Of a DNA stretch of 64,000 nt, positions 11,063 through 21,184 are shown piece after piece. Within the stretch, counting starts at the first letter, position 1; every line of letters starts with the position of its first letter. This stretch comes from Escherichia coli. Lineage in GTDB: Bacteria; Pseudomonadota; Gammaproteobacteria; Enterobacterales; Enterobacteriaceae. The DNA is taken from assembly GCF_030013595.1 (NCBI RefSeq), contig NZ_CP122768.1. One strand, 5' to 3'. Position numbers and translations under genes: made by a program. The notes below the pieces were generated by a model. The model was given only the letters and a program-made list of their open reading frames with translations. It was not told the origin of the DNA and made no database searches.

Positions 11063-11908
11063 ATGTCCACGACATGGTTTGTAGGAGCCGACTGGCTCGC
11101 CGAACATATTGATGACCCGGAAATTCAGATTATCGATGCCCGCATGGCGTCGCCTGGACAGGAAGATCGTAACGTTGCTCAGGAGTATCTGAATGGACAT
11201 ATTCCCGGCGCAGTGTTTTTTGATATCGAAGCGCTTTCTGATCACACTTCCCCGCTTCCGCACATGCTGCCGCGCCCGGAAACGTTCGCCGTGGCGATGC
11301 GTGAGTTAGGCGTTAACCAGGATAAGCACCTGATTGTCTATGACGAAGGTAATCTTTTCTCAGCCCCACGAGCATGGTGGATGCTGCGCACCTTTGGTGT
11401 AGAGAAAGTGTCGATTCTGGGGGGTGGACTTGCAGGCTGGCAGCGCGATGATCTGCTGTTAGAAGAAGGTGCAGTAGAGCTGCCGGAAGGAGAGTTTAAC
11501 GCCACGTTTAATCCTGAAGCCGTGGTGAAAGTCACCGATGTGTTATTGGCAAGCCATGAAAATACGGCGCAAATTATTGATGCCCGCCCGGCTGCACGTT
11601 TTAACGCAGAAGTTGATGAACCTCGCCCAGGTTTACGTCGCGGACATATTCCCGGCGCGTTTAACGTTCCGTGGACAGAACTGGTACGTGAAGGCGAACT
11701 AAAAACGACCGATGAACTGGATGCGATATTTTTTGGTCGCGGCGTAAGTTATGACAAACCTATTATCGTCAGTTGCGGTTCTGGTGTAACGGCAGCCGTG
11801 GTTTTGTTGGCACTCGCGACGCTGGATGTGCCAAACGTGAAACTGTACGACGGCGCATGGAGTGAATGGGGCGCACGGGCAGATTTACCGGTTGAGCCAT
11901 TGAAATAA
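11063..11908 (+). CDS. sseA: 3-mercaptopyruvate sulfurtransferase
   Basis: ORF track frame 10904..11908; start trimmed to MSTTWFVGADW (281 aa); rhodanese active-site CGSGVTA. Confidence 0.9.
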   Translation: MSTTWFVGADWLAEHIDDPEIQIIDARMASPGQEDRNVAQEYLNGHIPGAVFFDIEALSDHTSPLPHMLPRPETFAVAMRELGVNQDKHLIVYDEGNLFSAPRAWWMLRTFGVEKVSILGGGLAGWQRDDLLLEEGAVELPEGEFNATFNPEAVVKVTDVLLASHENTAQIIDARPAARFNAEVDEPRPGLRRGHIPGAFNVPWTELVREGELKTTDELDAIFFGRGVSYDKPIIVSCGSGVTAAVVLLALATLDVPNVKLYDGAWSEWGARADLPVEPLK

Positions 11909-11924
11909 GCTTTTTACAGGCAAT

Positions 11925-11953
11925 AAAAAACCGCCGAATTTGGCGGTTTTTTA
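11925..11953 (+). terminator. rho-independent terminator downstream of sseA
   Basis: Hairpin ccgccgaa/ttTggcgg followed by T-tract (aaaaaaccgccgaatttggcggttttttatt). Confidence 0.7.
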
Positions 11954-12099
11954 TTGCTGGTCTGGTTCGCGGCCTTTCCAGCAGGTTGACTTGTGTTGTC
12001 GGAGCAACGCAGGTGCTTCACAGCAAAGCAATACTCGCCAGTAACTCTCTTTTTGTCAAGCGAAAGAGAGTAATCATTGTTTATTTAGCGTATTATCGA

Positions 12100-12405
12100 C
12101 ACCGGCCCTTTCCGCCGTCTCGCAAACGGGCGCTGGCTTAAGGAAAGGATGTTCCATGGCCGTAAATGCAGGTGTTTCACAGCGCTTGCTATCGCGGCAA
12201 TATCGCCAGTGGTGCTGTCGTGATGCGGTCTTCGCATGGACCGCACAATGAAGATACGGTGCTTTTGTATCGTACTTATTGTTTCTGGTGCGCTGTTAAG
12301 CGAGGTAAATAATAACCGGAGTCTCTCCGGTAACAATTTACTGGTGGTTAACAAACTTCAGAGCAGCAAGTAAGCCCGAATGCCGCCCTTTGGGGCGGCA
12401 TATTT
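12100..12405 (+). ncRNA. ryfA: ryfA-type small RNA / timP mRNA, copy 1 (5' end not determined)
   Basis: Location between sseA and sseB where RyfA maps in E. coli; ends at hairpin gccgccc-tttg-gggcggc plus atatttt; contains small hydrophobic ORF. Confidence 0.45.
12236..12373 (+). CDS. timP: small hydrophobic protein, TimP-like type I toxin candidate (MDRTMKIRCFCIVLIVSGALLSEVNNNRSLSGNNLLVVNKLQSSK; may start at second Met)
   Basis: Own translation; ORF below the 60-aa track cutoff; hydrophobic TM-like core IRCFCIVLIVSGALL; position inside ryfA. Confidence 0.5.
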   Translation: MDRTMKIRCFCIVLIVSGALLSEVNNNRSLSGNNLLVVNKLQSSK

Positions 12406-12488
12406 TAGATTATCCGATGCTGTTTAAAGTCACGCAAAAAACCACCCCAGCGACGTTCATAGAATGGCGCAATATGTTCGGTAATAAA
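12395..12488 (-). pseudogene. duplicated 3'-terminal fragment of sseB (~30 codons) carried in repeat unit A
   Basis: Sequence ttagattatccgatgctgtttaaagtcacgcaaaaaaccaccccagcgacgttcatagaatggcgcaatatgttcggtaataaa is identical to the 3' end of sseB at 13083-13166. Confidence 0.8.
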
Positions 12489-12779
12489 ATAACCTAGCTT
12501 ATTAGTCCGAATTCAGACAAATATAAACAATTTTCGCTTAATATTAAAAATACTAACCAATAAAAGATATTACTTGAACATGTAATTTCACTTTCTTTAA
12601 ACAACAAAAAACCGCCAAAATCAGGCGGTTATTTGTTGCTGGTCTGGTTCGCGGCCTTTCCAGCAGATTGTATTACCGTAGTAATGCAAGCGCGTCTCAG
12701 CGGACACAATACTCGCCAGTAACTCTCTTTTTGTCAAGTAAAAGAGAGTTATTATTGTTCTGTTAGTGTATTATCCACT

Positions 12780-13085
12780 GCGGACCTTTCCGCCGTCTCG
12801 CAAGCGGGCGCTGGCTTAAGGAAAGGATGTTCCGCGACCGTTAGAGCAAGCGCGTCTCAGCGCTTGCTATCGCGGCAATATCGCCAGTGGTGCTGTCGTG
12901 ATGCGGTCTTCGCATGGACCGCACAATGAAGATACGGTGCTTTTGTATCGTACTTATTGTTTCTGGTGCGCTGTTAAGCGAGGTAAATAATAACCGGAGT
13001 CTCTCCGGTAACAATTTACTGGTGGTTAACAAACTTCAGAGCAGCAAGTAAGCCCGAATGCCGCCCTTTGGGGCGGCATATTTTA
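12780..13085 (+). ncRNA. ryfA: ryfA-type small RNA / timP mRNA, copy 2 (5' end not determined)
   Basis: Duplicate of copy 1; terminator hairpin 13060-13077 and T-tract overlap the sseB stop codon. Confidence 0.45.
12914..13051 (+). CDS. timP: small hydrophobic protein, TimP-like type I toxin candidate, copy 2 (identical 45-aa translation)
   Basis: Own translation of atggaccgcacaatgaagatacggtgcttttgtatcgta...agcagcaagtaa. Confidence 0.5.
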   Translation: MDRTMKIRCFCIVLIVSGALLSEVNNNRSLSGNNLLVVNKLQSSK

Positions 13086-13859
13086 GATTATCCGATGCTG
13101 TTTAAAGTCACGCAAAAAACCACCCCAGCGACGTTCATAGAATGGCGCAATATGTTCGGTAATAAAGTGGCTAATTCCTTTTTCCCCTTTTTTCACCTGA
13201 CAAATATCGATGGGTTCATCGCCAGGTAATGTATCGGTCGCTACACTTCCTGCCGCCTGAATAATTTCTTCGATATCACCATCGGCTTCAATGCCAATAA
13301 GTAAATTAGGCTGTGCCTCTTCGTTCTCTTTAATTGAACAAATAAAAGCACGCTTCACCGGCTTAATAGTTTTAAATAAGGTGGTGAGTGAATCAATCAT
13401 TTGTGCTGGTGGCTCTGCAACTTCCGATAATATCAGCGATTCACCGCCTTCCAGTACTTCCTGGCTGCTCAGCGGATTTCCTTCTTCACCAATCAGCAAA
13501 CTGATTTCACGCGGCATAAATTCTTTACCGGTTGGCAGTTTGGCATTAAGGAAGAGCGTTTCGCCAAGGGTCATCTCAAACAATGTGCGAACGGGCATTA
13601 CGACAAATGCCTGTTCGTCTTCAACCGCCTGTTGAAGTGCTTCTAACGAGGTGAAAAAAGGAATGACGCTGGTGCCGTCTTCTTTTTCCCAGTGCTGTAA
13701 ATCAAGCGCGCTATCTTCAACCACAGCCTCGCCCTTCGCCGCCGTACCAGGCACCCAGACGGTGGATTCCAGTAGCGTACGGAAAAAGGCCGGGCGGTGC
13801 GCCGGTTCGGTTGCTGCTTTTTCCAGCAGATCTTCAAGTTCGTTTTTTGTTTCGGACAT
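13083..13859 (-). CDS. sseB: SseB family protein (enhances serine sensitivity)
   Basis: ORF track 13083..13868; start trimmed to MSETKNELEDLL (258 aa). Confidence 0.9.
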   Translation of the reverse strand: MSETKNELEDLLEKAATEPAHRPAFFRTLLESTVWVPGTAAKGEAVVEDSALDLQHWEKEDGTSVIPFFTSLEALQQAVEDEQAFVVMPVRTLFEMTLGETLFLNAKLPTGKEFMPREISLLIGEEGNPLSSQEVLEGGESLILSEVAEPPAQMIDSLTTLFKTIKPVKRAFICSIKENEEAQPNLLIGIEADGDIEEIIQAAGSVATDTLPGDEPIDICQVKKGEKGISHFITEHIAPFYERRWGGFLRDFKQHRII

Positions 13860-13977
13860 AAGAACCACAATTCATTCAACGTTCGGGGCACAAGTGCCTG
13901 ATGCGCTACGCTTATCAGGCCTACAAGGGAATCTCAATCTATTGGATTTTCGCAATTTTGTAGGCCAAATAAGACGT

Positions 13978-15261
13978 TTACGCCGTTAACAGATTAGCAA
14001 TCGTGCGCACACCTAGCCCGGTCGCGCCCGCAGACCACTGTTCAACCGGCGATTTACGGTAAGTCGCCGAGCAGTCGATATGCAGCCAGCCTTGCTGATA
14101 GTTCTCAACAAAGTGCGACAGGAAGCCCGCCGCCGTGCTCGCGCCTGCCGGATACGCCGCGCTTCCGGTATTGTTCAGTTCCGCAAAGTTAGACGGCAGC
14201 TGGCTGCGGTGGAACTCCGCCAGCGGCAGACGCCAGAACGGTTCATTCTCCTGCGCGGCACTCGCCAGCAAGCGACCGGCAAGCGCATCGTCAAAACTGA
14301 ACAGCGCGTGATAATCATTACCCAGCGCAGTTTTCGCCGCCCCGGTGAGGGTCGCCGCATCAATGATCAGTTCCGGTTTCTGCGCACTGGCATCAATCAG
14401 GCCATCGGCCAGCACCAAACGCCCTTCGGCATCAGTGTTCATCACTTCAACTTTTTTACCGTTGCGATAGGTAATAATATCGCCCAGTTTGAACGCGTTG
14501 CCGCTGATCAGGTTATCCGCACAGCAGAGGAACAGCTTCACGCGCTTGTTCAGTCCGCGCGTAATGGCAAATGCCAGCGCCCCGGTAACCGTTGCCGCGC
14601 CGCCCATGTCCGACTTCATCGAGTCCATAAACGCAGTCTGTTTGATGCTGTAGCCGCCGGAGTCAAAAGTGATACCTTTACCTACCAGGCACGCGTACAC
14701 TGGCGCTTCTTTATCGCCTGTTGGGTTGTAATCCAGCGCCAGCAATACCGGGGAACGTTCTGAACCGCGCCCGACCGTGTGCAGCCCCATATAACCTTGA
14801 TCACGCAGATCTTCACCTTTGGTGATCCGATAAGTCACACGATCGCCCGCGACGTTGCTGATCAGATCAACAGCACGCTGTGCCAGTTGCGATGGTCCCA
14901 ATTCTTCTGCCGGTGCGTTGATGGTGTCACGCACCCAGTCGATGATCATCAGGCGGTTATCCAGTTCCTGCCGCTGGGCATCGTCCAGATCCGGCCACTC
15001 CACTTTACGCGTGCCTTTCGGGGCTTTGTAACCTTGCCAGAATGTCCAGCAGCGATCCGCATCCCAGCCTTCACCGCTTAACTGAACATGTTTGATGCCC
15101 AGACCGTCAATCTTGCGCGCCGCACGCTGGATCAGCCCCAGATCGTCTGCCCCGTTCAAATGCAGGGTAATGCCATCATTATTAATGCTGTAAGTCGCTT
15201 TTTCTCCCCAGCGCGCGTCGGCAGGTTGGGTAGAGAGGGTAATTTTCATCGCTTCTGTCAT
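13978..15261 (-). CDS. pepB: aminopeptidase B (M17 peptidase)
   Basis: ORF track 427 aa; M17 motif NTDAEGRL. Confidence 0.93.
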   Translation of the reverse strand: MTEAMKITLSTQPADARWGEKATYSINNDGITLHLNGADDLGLIQRAARKIDGLGIKHVQLSGEGWDADRCWTFWQGYKAPKGTRKVEWPDLDDAQRQELDNRLMIIDWVRDTINAPAEELGPSQLAQRAVDLISNVAGDRVTYRITKGEDLRDQGYMGLHTVGRGSERSPVLLALDYNPTGDKEAPVYACLVGKGITFDSGGYSIKQTAFMDSMKSDMGGAATVTGALAFAITRGLNKRVKLFLCCADNLISGNAFKLGDIITYRNGKKVEVMNTDAEGRLVLADGLIDASAQKPELIIDAATLTGAAKTALGNDYHALFSFDDALAGRLLASAAQENEPFWRLPLAEFHRSQLPSNFAELNNTGSAAYPAGASTAAGFLSHFVENYQQGWLHIDCSATYRKSPVEQWSAGATGLGVRTIANLLTA

Positions 15262-15319
15262 TTTAGTTATCCTTATTCGTTTAACAGCAAAACGGGCTAC
15301 CCCCAGGCAGCCCGTTCAT

Positions 15320-15520
15320 TTATTCGGCTTCGTCCAGCCAGACTAACAAAATCGCTTCGAGGATTTTCTCGTTGGATGCCTGCGGGTCGTCGTCGAAATC
15401 TTCCAGATCGCAAATCCACTGATGCATATCGGTGAATCGAACCGTTTTCGGATCAAGATCGGGATACGCATCGTACAGTGCTTCGCCAATTTCGCGGCTA
15501 TCGGTCCACTTAAGTCCCAT
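15320..15520 (-). CDS. iscX: Fe-S cluster assembly protein IscX
   Basis: ORF track 66 aa [17 protein letters not shown]... Confidence 0.93.
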
Positions 15521-15531
15521 ACTAACCTCTG

Positions 15532-15867
15532 TTAATGCTCACGCGCATGGTTGATAGTGTAACGCGGGATTTCGACCACTAAATCTTCGTCGGTAACGCG
15601 CGCCTGACAGCTTAAACGGCTTTCCGGCTCCAGTCCCCAGGCTTTGTCCAGCATGTCGTCTTCCTGCTCTGAGCTTTCCGGCAGCGAGTCAAAACCTTCG
15701 CGAACGATGCAGTGGCAGGTGGTGCAAGCACAGGATTTTTCACAGGCGTGTTCAATCTCGATACCGTTACGCAGCGCAACGTCGAGAATGGTTTCACCGC
15801 TATTAGCTTCCAGAACAGCGCCATCAGGACAGAGATCCTGATGAGGCAAAATAACAATCTTTGGCAT
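15532..15867 (-). CDS. fdx: [2Fe-2S] ferredoxin of the isc operon
   Basis: ORF track 111 aa [21 protein letters not shown]... Confidence 0.93.
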
Positions 15868-15868
15868 A

Positions 15869-17719
15869 TTAAACCTCGTCCACGGAATGGCCTTTCAGCG
15901 CACGACGAACCGACTGGTCCATGCGGCGAGCGGCGAAATCCTGGGTTTGTTTGTCTACGTTTTTAATCGCTTGTTCGATGGCGTCAACATCATCGCCCTG
16001 CGCCACTTCACTCAGGTGAGCGGCAGCATCGTCGATATCCTGACGTTCTGCGGCGCTTAACAGCGCGGCATCAGCAGCCAGCGCGCCGTGCAGACTTTCC
16101 AGCACACGCGCCGCTTCTACTTTTTGTTCTGCCAGCATACGGGCTTTTACGTCCTGCTCGGCATAGCTCATTGAGTCTTTGATCATCGAAGCGATTTCGC
16201 TATCGGTCAGACCGTAAGACGGTTTGACCTGAATAGACGCCTCAACGCCGGTGGATTTCTCCATCGCCGTCACGCTCAAAAGACCGTCGGCATCGACCTG
16301 GAACGTTACGCGAATATGCGCGCCGCCAGCCGGTAGCGCCGGGATACCACGCAGTGCAAAACGCGCCAGCGAGCGGCAGTCCTGCACCAGTTCACGTTCA
16401 CCCTGCATCACATGGATAGACATTGCCGTCTGACCATCTTTAAAGGTGGTGAAATCCTGGGCGCGGGCCACCGGAATCGTGGTATTACGCGGGATCACTT
16501 TCTCCACCAGGCCGCCCATGGTCTCGAGGCCCAGCGACAGCGGGATCACATCCAGCAACAGCATTTCGCTGTCCGGCTTGTTACCCACCAGAATATCCGC
16601 CTGAATCGCCGCGCCAATAGCGACGACTTTATCCGGGTCGATAGAAGTCAGCGGTGGACGACCGAAAAATTCGCCCACCCGTTCACGCACCAGCGGCACG
16701 CGGGTAGAACCGCCAACCATCACCACTTCCAGCACTTCATCAGCTTCTACACCCGCGTCTTTCAGCGCGCGACGACAAGCCAGTAAGGTTCGTTTTACCA
16801 GTGGCGCGATCAGTTCATTGAATTGTTCACGGCTGATTTCGCCCTGCCAGCCCGCAACGTTAACGGTCACGGAGTCCGCATCGCTCAGCGCGATTTTGGC
16901 TGCAATGGCGGCATCCAGCAGTTCACGCTGAACGCGGTTATCGCTACGATCAGGAATGCCCGCCTGCTCGCGAATATAATCCGCCAGCAGATGGTCGAAA
17001 TCATCGCCGCCGAGCGCGGAATCACCGCCGGTCGCCAGCACTTCAAACACGCCGCGACTTAAGCGCAGAATGGAAATATCAAACGTCCCGCCGCCGAGGT
17101 CATAAACAGCGATCACGCCTTCCTGACCGGAATCCAGCCCGTAGGCGATAGCCGCAGCGGTCGGTTCGTTAAGTAAGCGCAGAACATGCAACCCCGCCAG
17201 ACGCGCCGCGTCTTTGGTGCCCTGACGCTGGGCATCGTCAAAGTACGCCGGAACGGTGATAACGACACCATCCAGCTCGCCTGCCAGGGCTTCAGTTGCC
17301 CGCGCCGCCAGTGCTTTGAGGATGTCCGCAGAAACGCGCACCGGGTTCAGCAGCCCCGCCGCCGTTTCAATCATCGGCAGGCCGTTTTCGCTGGCCTGGA
17401 ATTGATAAGGCAGATGCGGATAGCGTTGCTGGATATCAGCCAGCGAGCGCCCCATCAGGCGTTTAACAGAACTAATGGTGTTGGCGGTATCGAGCGCGGC
17501 GTTAGTACGCGCGTCATAACCCACCGAATGCCCTTGCTGTTGATAGTGAACAACAGACGGCAGCAGGTGACGGCCTTCATGGTCGGCTAACGTTTCGGCC
17601 TGACCGCTGCGCACTGTCGCCACCAGCGAGTTGGTTGTGCCCAGGTCGATACCGGCCGCCAAACGACGCTGATGCGGCGCAGCACTCAAACCAGGTTCAC
17701 TAATTTGTAATAAGGCCAT
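15869..17719 (-). CDS. hscA: Fe-S cluster chaperone HscA (Hsp70 family)
   Basis: ORF track 15869..17773; start trimmed to [10 protein letters not shown] (616 aa); Hsp70 motif IDLGTTNS. Confidence 0.92.
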   Translation of the reverse strand: MALLQISEPGLSAAPHQRRLAAGIDLGTTNSLVATVRSGQAETLADHEGRHLLPSVVHYQQQGHSVGYDARTNAALDTANTISSVKRLMGRSLADIQQRYPHLPYQFQASENGLPMIETAAGLLNPVRVSADILKALAARATEALAGELDGVVITVPAYFDDAQRQGTKDAARLAGLHVLRLLNEPTAAAIAYGLDSGQEGVIAVYDLGGGTFDISILRLSRGVFEVLATGGDSALGGDDFDHLLADYIREQAGIPDRSDNRVQRELLDAAIAAKIALSDADSVTVNVAGWQGEISREQFNELIAPLVKRTLLACRRALKDAGVEADEVLEVVMVGGSTRVPLVRERVGEFFGRPPLTSIDPDKVVAIGAAIQADILVGNKPDSEMLLLDVIPLSLGLETMGGLVEKVIPRNTTIPVARAQDFTTFKDGQTAMSIHVMQGERELVQDCRSLARFALRGIPALPAGGAHIRVTFQVDADGLLSVTAMEKSTGVEASIQVKPSYGLTDSEIASMIKDSMSYAEQDVKARMLAEQKVEAARVLESLHGALAADAALLSAAERQDIDDAAAHLSEVAQGDDVDAIEQAIKNVDKQTQDFAARRMDQSVRRALKGHSVDEV

Positions 17720-17735
17720 GTTTAGCTTCCAGAAA

Positions 17736-18251
17736 TTAAAAATCGAGCAGTTTTTCTTCGAGTTGTTCGGCACTGCTTCGCAGTTTATCGAGAAAACGCA
17801 GCTTACGCACGGTATCCGCCGCCGCGTCCCACGTCTCGTTGTCTAACTGTTCAACCATCAACTGATGGCGGGTATCAAACATCTTTTTCACACGTTTGAT
17901 AAAGCTTTCCAGCCGCGCTTCATCTTTCGCTTGTTCGATCTCGTCCAGTTCTTCGCGCAGCTCCAGCTGTTCCATCAGGAACGCGGTATCGCGCACAGTA
18001 TGCTGCTCGCTGGCGAGATCAAAACCGTGCAAAGAAAGCAAATATTCCGCGCGCATTAACGGATGACGCAGCGTTTGCCAGGCCTGGTTAATGGTTGCAG
18101 ATTGCTGTACGGCGGCGAGTTGTTCCGCCTGGCTTCCGCTGGCGAATTTATCAGGATGATACTGACGTTGTAGATCCTGAAAACGCAGGCTCAGCGCCTG
18201 GGTATCGAGTTGATAACGGGCAGGCAAGCCAAAGAGGGTGAAGTAATCCAT
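17736..18251 (-). CDS. hscB: Fe-S cluster co-chaperone HscB (J-domain)
   Basis: ORF track 171 aa [16 protein letters not shown]...HPD motif. Confidence 0.93.
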   Translation of the reverse strand: MDYFTLFGLPARYQLDTQALSLRFQDLQRQYHPDKFASGSQAEQLAAVQQSATINQAWQTLRHPLMRAEYLLSLHGFDLASEQHTVRDTAFLMEQLELREELDEIEQAKDEARLESFIKRVKKMFDTRHQLMVEQLDNETWDAAADTVRKLRFLDKLRSSAEQLEEKLLDF

Positions 18252-18346
18252 AACATTCTCAGGGCTGCGATCCGCCGCGATAACGGCGAATCAGGTAAAA
18301 CAAACCCCACGCGCAGGCGACCACGGTGGGGTTATCGGTATGCGCA

Positions 18347-18670
18347 TCAAACGTGGAAGCTTTCGCCGCAACCACACTCATCTTTGACGTTCGGGTTGGT
18401 GAATTTAAACCCTTCGTTCAGGCCTTCTTTTACGAAGTCCAGCTGCGTACCGTCCAGAAATTGCAGGCTTTTGCCATCGACCACGACTTTCACGCCTTTG
18501 TCTTCAAACACGATGTCTTCCGGCGTCGGTTCGTCAACAAATTCCAGTACATAAGCCATACCTGAACATCCGGAGGTTCTCACGCCCAGACGCAGGCCAA
18601 ACCCTTTGCCGCGGTTAGCCAGAAAGGTATTTACTCGCGCTGCTGCACTGTCGCTCAGTGTAATCGACAT
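18347..18670 (-). CDS. iscA: Fe-S cluster insertion protein IscA
   Basis: ORF track frame; start trimmed to MSITLSD (107 aa); C-terminal CGCGESF. Confidence 0.92.
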   Translation of the reverse strand: MSITLSDSAAARVNTFLANRGKGFGLRLGVRTSGCSGMAYVLEFVDEPTPEDIVFEDKGVKVVVDGKSLQFLDGTQLDFVKEGLNEGFKFTNPNVKDECGCGESFHV

Positions 18671-18686
18671 AACCAAACCTCAACTC

Positions 18687-19073
18687 TTATTTTGCTTCAC
18701 GTTTGCTTTTATAGTCCGCAATGGCGGCTTTGATCGCGTCTTCTGCCAGAATAGAACAGTGAATTTTCACCGGCGGCAGTTCAAGTTCTTCAGCAATATC
18801 GGTGTTTTTGATCGCCTGCGCTTCGTCGAGAGACTTCCCTTTCACCCATTCGGTGACCAGGGAGCTGGAAGCGATAGCAGAACCGCAGCCGTAAGTTTTA
18901 AAACGCGCGTCTTCAATGATACCTTCATCGTTGACTTTAATCTGCAACTTCATTACGTCGCCACAGGCCGGTGCACCCACCATGCCGCTGCCGACGTTCT
19001 CGTCGTTGTTGTCAAAGGAACCCACGTTACGCGGATTCTCGTAATGGTCGATAACTTTTTCGCTGTAAGCCAT
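18687..19073 (-). CDS. iscU: Fe-S cluster scaffold IscU
   Basis: ORF track 128 aa MAYSEKVIDHYENPRNVG...LPPVKIHCS. Confidence 0.95.
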   Translation of the reverse strand: MAYSEKVIDHYENPRNVGSFDNNDENVGSGMVGAPACGDVMKLQIKVNDEGIIEDARFKTYGCGSAIASSSLVTEWVKGKSLDEAQAIKNTDIAEELELPPVKIHCSILAEDAIKAAIADYKSKREAK

Positions 19074-19100
19074 TATAAATTCTCCTGATTCCGATACCGA

Positions 19101-20315
19101 TTAATGATGTGCCCATTCGATGCTGTTCAGATCCACGCCCTGCTTGTACATTTCCCACAGCGGAGAAAGGTCACGCAGACGACCGATGGATTTACGAACT
19201 AACTCGATGGTGTAGTCGATCTCTTCTTCAGTAGTAAAACGACCTAAAGAGAAACGGATAGAGCTATGTGCCAGCTCGTCGTTCAGCCCCTGCGCGCGCA
19301 GCACGTAGGACGGTTCGAGGCTTGCTGACGTACAGGCGGAACCTGAAGAAACCGCGAGGTCTTTCAGCGCCATAATCAGCGACTCACCTTCAACGTAGTT
19401 GAAGCTGACGTTGAGAATGTTCGGCGCACCGTGTTCCAGGTCACCGTTCAGGTAAACTTCTTCGATATCTTTGATGCCGTTCCACAGACGGTTACGCAGG
19501 CCGCGCAGACGTTCCATCTCGGTCGCCATCTCTTCTTTTGCGATGCGATAGGCTTCGCCCATACCAACGATCTGGTGAACAGGCAGAGTGCCGGAACGCA
19601 TACCGCGCTCGTGACCGCCGCCGTGCATTTGCGCTTCGATGCGTACGCGCGGTTTACGACGCACATACAGCGCACCGATACCTTTCGGGCCATAGATTTT
19701 GTGACCGGAGAATGACATCAGGTCAACTTTCAACTGGCTCAGGTCGATAGGCAGTTTGCCCACGCTCTGGGTTGCATCAACGTGATAGATAATGCCGCGA
19801 GCACGGCACATTTCGCCGATAGCCGCGATATCCTGCACCACGCCGATTTCGTTATTCACGTGCATGATAGAAACGAGGATGGTGTCGTCACGCATCGCTG
19901 CTTCAAGTTCTTTCAGGTCGATAATGCCATTACGCTGCGGTGCCAGGTAGGTGACTTCGAAACCTTCGCGCTCCAGCTGACGGCAGGTATCCAGTACCGC
20001 TTTGTGTTCGGTTTTACTGGTGATGATGTGCTTGCCTTTTTTCTGATAAAAGTTGGCTGCACCTTTGATCGCCAGGTTGTCAGATTCGGTTGCACCAGAG
20101 GTAAAGACGATTTCACGCGGGTCAGCGCCGACCAGATCGGCAATCTGATTACGGGCGATATCTACCGCTTCTTCAGCCTGCCAGCCGAAACGGTGAGAGC
20201 GGGAGGCCGGGTTACCAAAGGTTCCGTCCATCGTCATAAACTGCATCATTTTCTCGGCAACACGCGGGTCCACCGGCGTGGTTGCGGAGTAGTCGAGATA
20301 AATCGGTAATTTCAT
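19101..20315 (-). CDS. iscS: cysteine desulfurase IscS
   Basis: ORF track 19101..20339; start trimmed to [14 protein letters not shown] (404 aa); PLP motif SFSGHK. Confidence 0.93.
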   Translation of the reverse strand: MKLPIYLDYSATTPVDPRVAEKMMQFMTMDGTFGNPASRSHRFGWQAEEAVDIARNQIADLVGADPREIVFTSGATESDNLAIKGAANFYQKKGKHIITSKTEHKAVLDTCRQLEREGFEVTYLAPQRNGIIDLKELEAAMRDDTILVSIMHVNNEIGVVQDIAAIGEMCRARGIIYHVDATQSVGKLPIDLSQLKVDLMSFSGHKIYGPKGIGALYVRRKPRVRIEAQMHGGGHERGMRSGTLPVHQIVGMGEAYRIAKEEMATEMERLRGLRNRLWNGIKDIEEVYLNGDLEHGAPNILNVSFNYVEGESLIMALKDLAVSSGSACTSASLEPSYVLRAQGLNDELAHSSIRFSLGRFTTEEEIDYTIELVRKSIGRLRDLSPLWEMYKQGVDLNSIEWAHH

Positions 20316-20426
20316 TGCTCTATAAACTCCGTACATCACTCAATGCAAGGAACCAGGCTACCGGCTGGATGTACGACCGTGTTTACGGAGCGCGATACGC
20401 CCCGGCCTGATTCTGAATTCTTTTTA

Positions 20427-20915
20427 TTAAGCGCGTAACTTAACGTCGATCGCGTCTTGTGTGCGGGTGCGCGGCGCGTCGTGAGTATGCTGACGACCAG
20501 ACACATCCAGCACTTCCTGGTTATTAACCAGTTCGCCTAAAGTAATGTTGTTGAGAAAACCGGTGAGACGGTCGCTCAAATCACGCCACAGCGCGTGGGT
20601 CAGGCATTTATCGCCGCCCTGGCAGCCGCCTTTACCCTGACAACGGGTGGCATCTACAGATTCGTCAACGGCGCTAATCACTTCGCCAACGGCGATGCTG
20701 CTGGCATCTTTGCCTAACAGATAACCACCGCCTGGTCCACGTACGCTGGAAACCAGACCATTTTTACGCAGACGGGAAAACAGTTGTTCCAGATAAGAAA
20801 GGGAAATTCCCTGACGTTCGGAAATATCAGCCAACGGTACCGGGCCCGCTTCAGAGTTGAGCGCAACGTCAAGCATTGCGGTCACGGCATAGCGCCCTTT
20901 AGATGTCAGTCTCAT
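20427..20915 (-). CDS. iscR: Fe-S-containing transcriptional regulator IscR (Rrf2 family)
   Basis: ORF track 162 aa [19 protein letters not shown]... Confidence 0.95.
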
Positions 20916-20989
20916 GTCTTACTTCACCTCAAACTCGCCCCTGCCCGGGGTTTTTTATTGTAAAAGTGGGGGTATTGCATAGCAGGGTC

Positions 20990-21050
20990 AAGTCTGACAT
21001 TCCCGAGTAAATTGGTCAACTATTTACTTGACTGATTTAGTCGGGTATTT
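20990..21050 (-). promoter_or_regulatory. iscRSUA promoter region with candidate IscR type-1 boxes
   Basis: Reverse strand reads atacccgactaaatcagtcaagtaaatagttgaccaatttactcgggaatgtcagacttgacc, matching my recollection of the IscR-box pattern (ATAsyyGACTRwwwYAGTCrrsTAT) and a TTGACC -35-like hexamer. Confidence 0.55.
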
Positions 21051-21184
21051 AACCTTCAGTGCCATTTTTTTATCGTGGCGTTTGTACCTGTTGTCGGATG
21101 CGGTGTGAACACCTTATCCGACCTACGGTTCTGTACATTGTAGGCCTGATAAGACGCATTAAGCGTCGCATCAGGCAACCACTG

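Larger units (their letters stand above)
11925..12488. repeat. tandem duplication unit A of the ryfA locus (~564 bp, includes terminator-like hairpin, ryfA/timP and a 3' fragment of sseB)
   Basis: Long near-identical stretches shared with 12605-13166 (e.g. ggtctggttcgcggcctttccagcag; cgcttgctatcgcggcaatatcgccagtggtgctgtcgtgatgcggtcttcgcatggaccgcacaatgaag...). Confidence 0.85.
12605..13166. repeat. tandem duplication unit B of the ryfA locus (overlaps the true 3' end of sseB)
   Basis: See unit A; units separated by a 116-bp AT-rich spacer (12489-12604). Confidence 0.85.

Noticed and set aside
12085-12354. Minus-strand ORFs of 89 aa (12085-12354) and 63 aa (12841-13032) with identical N-terminal sequences
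   Set aside because: They are antisense to the ryfA/timP transcript and identical only because they lie in the tandem duplication. No SD or coding signature; the + strand small hydrophobic ORF is the better candidate.
11925-13166. Possible CRISPR array (repeated sequence blocks)
   Set aside because: Only two long (~560 bp) diverged units with one spacer; no short regular direct repeats or cas genes. It is a tandem locus duplication.
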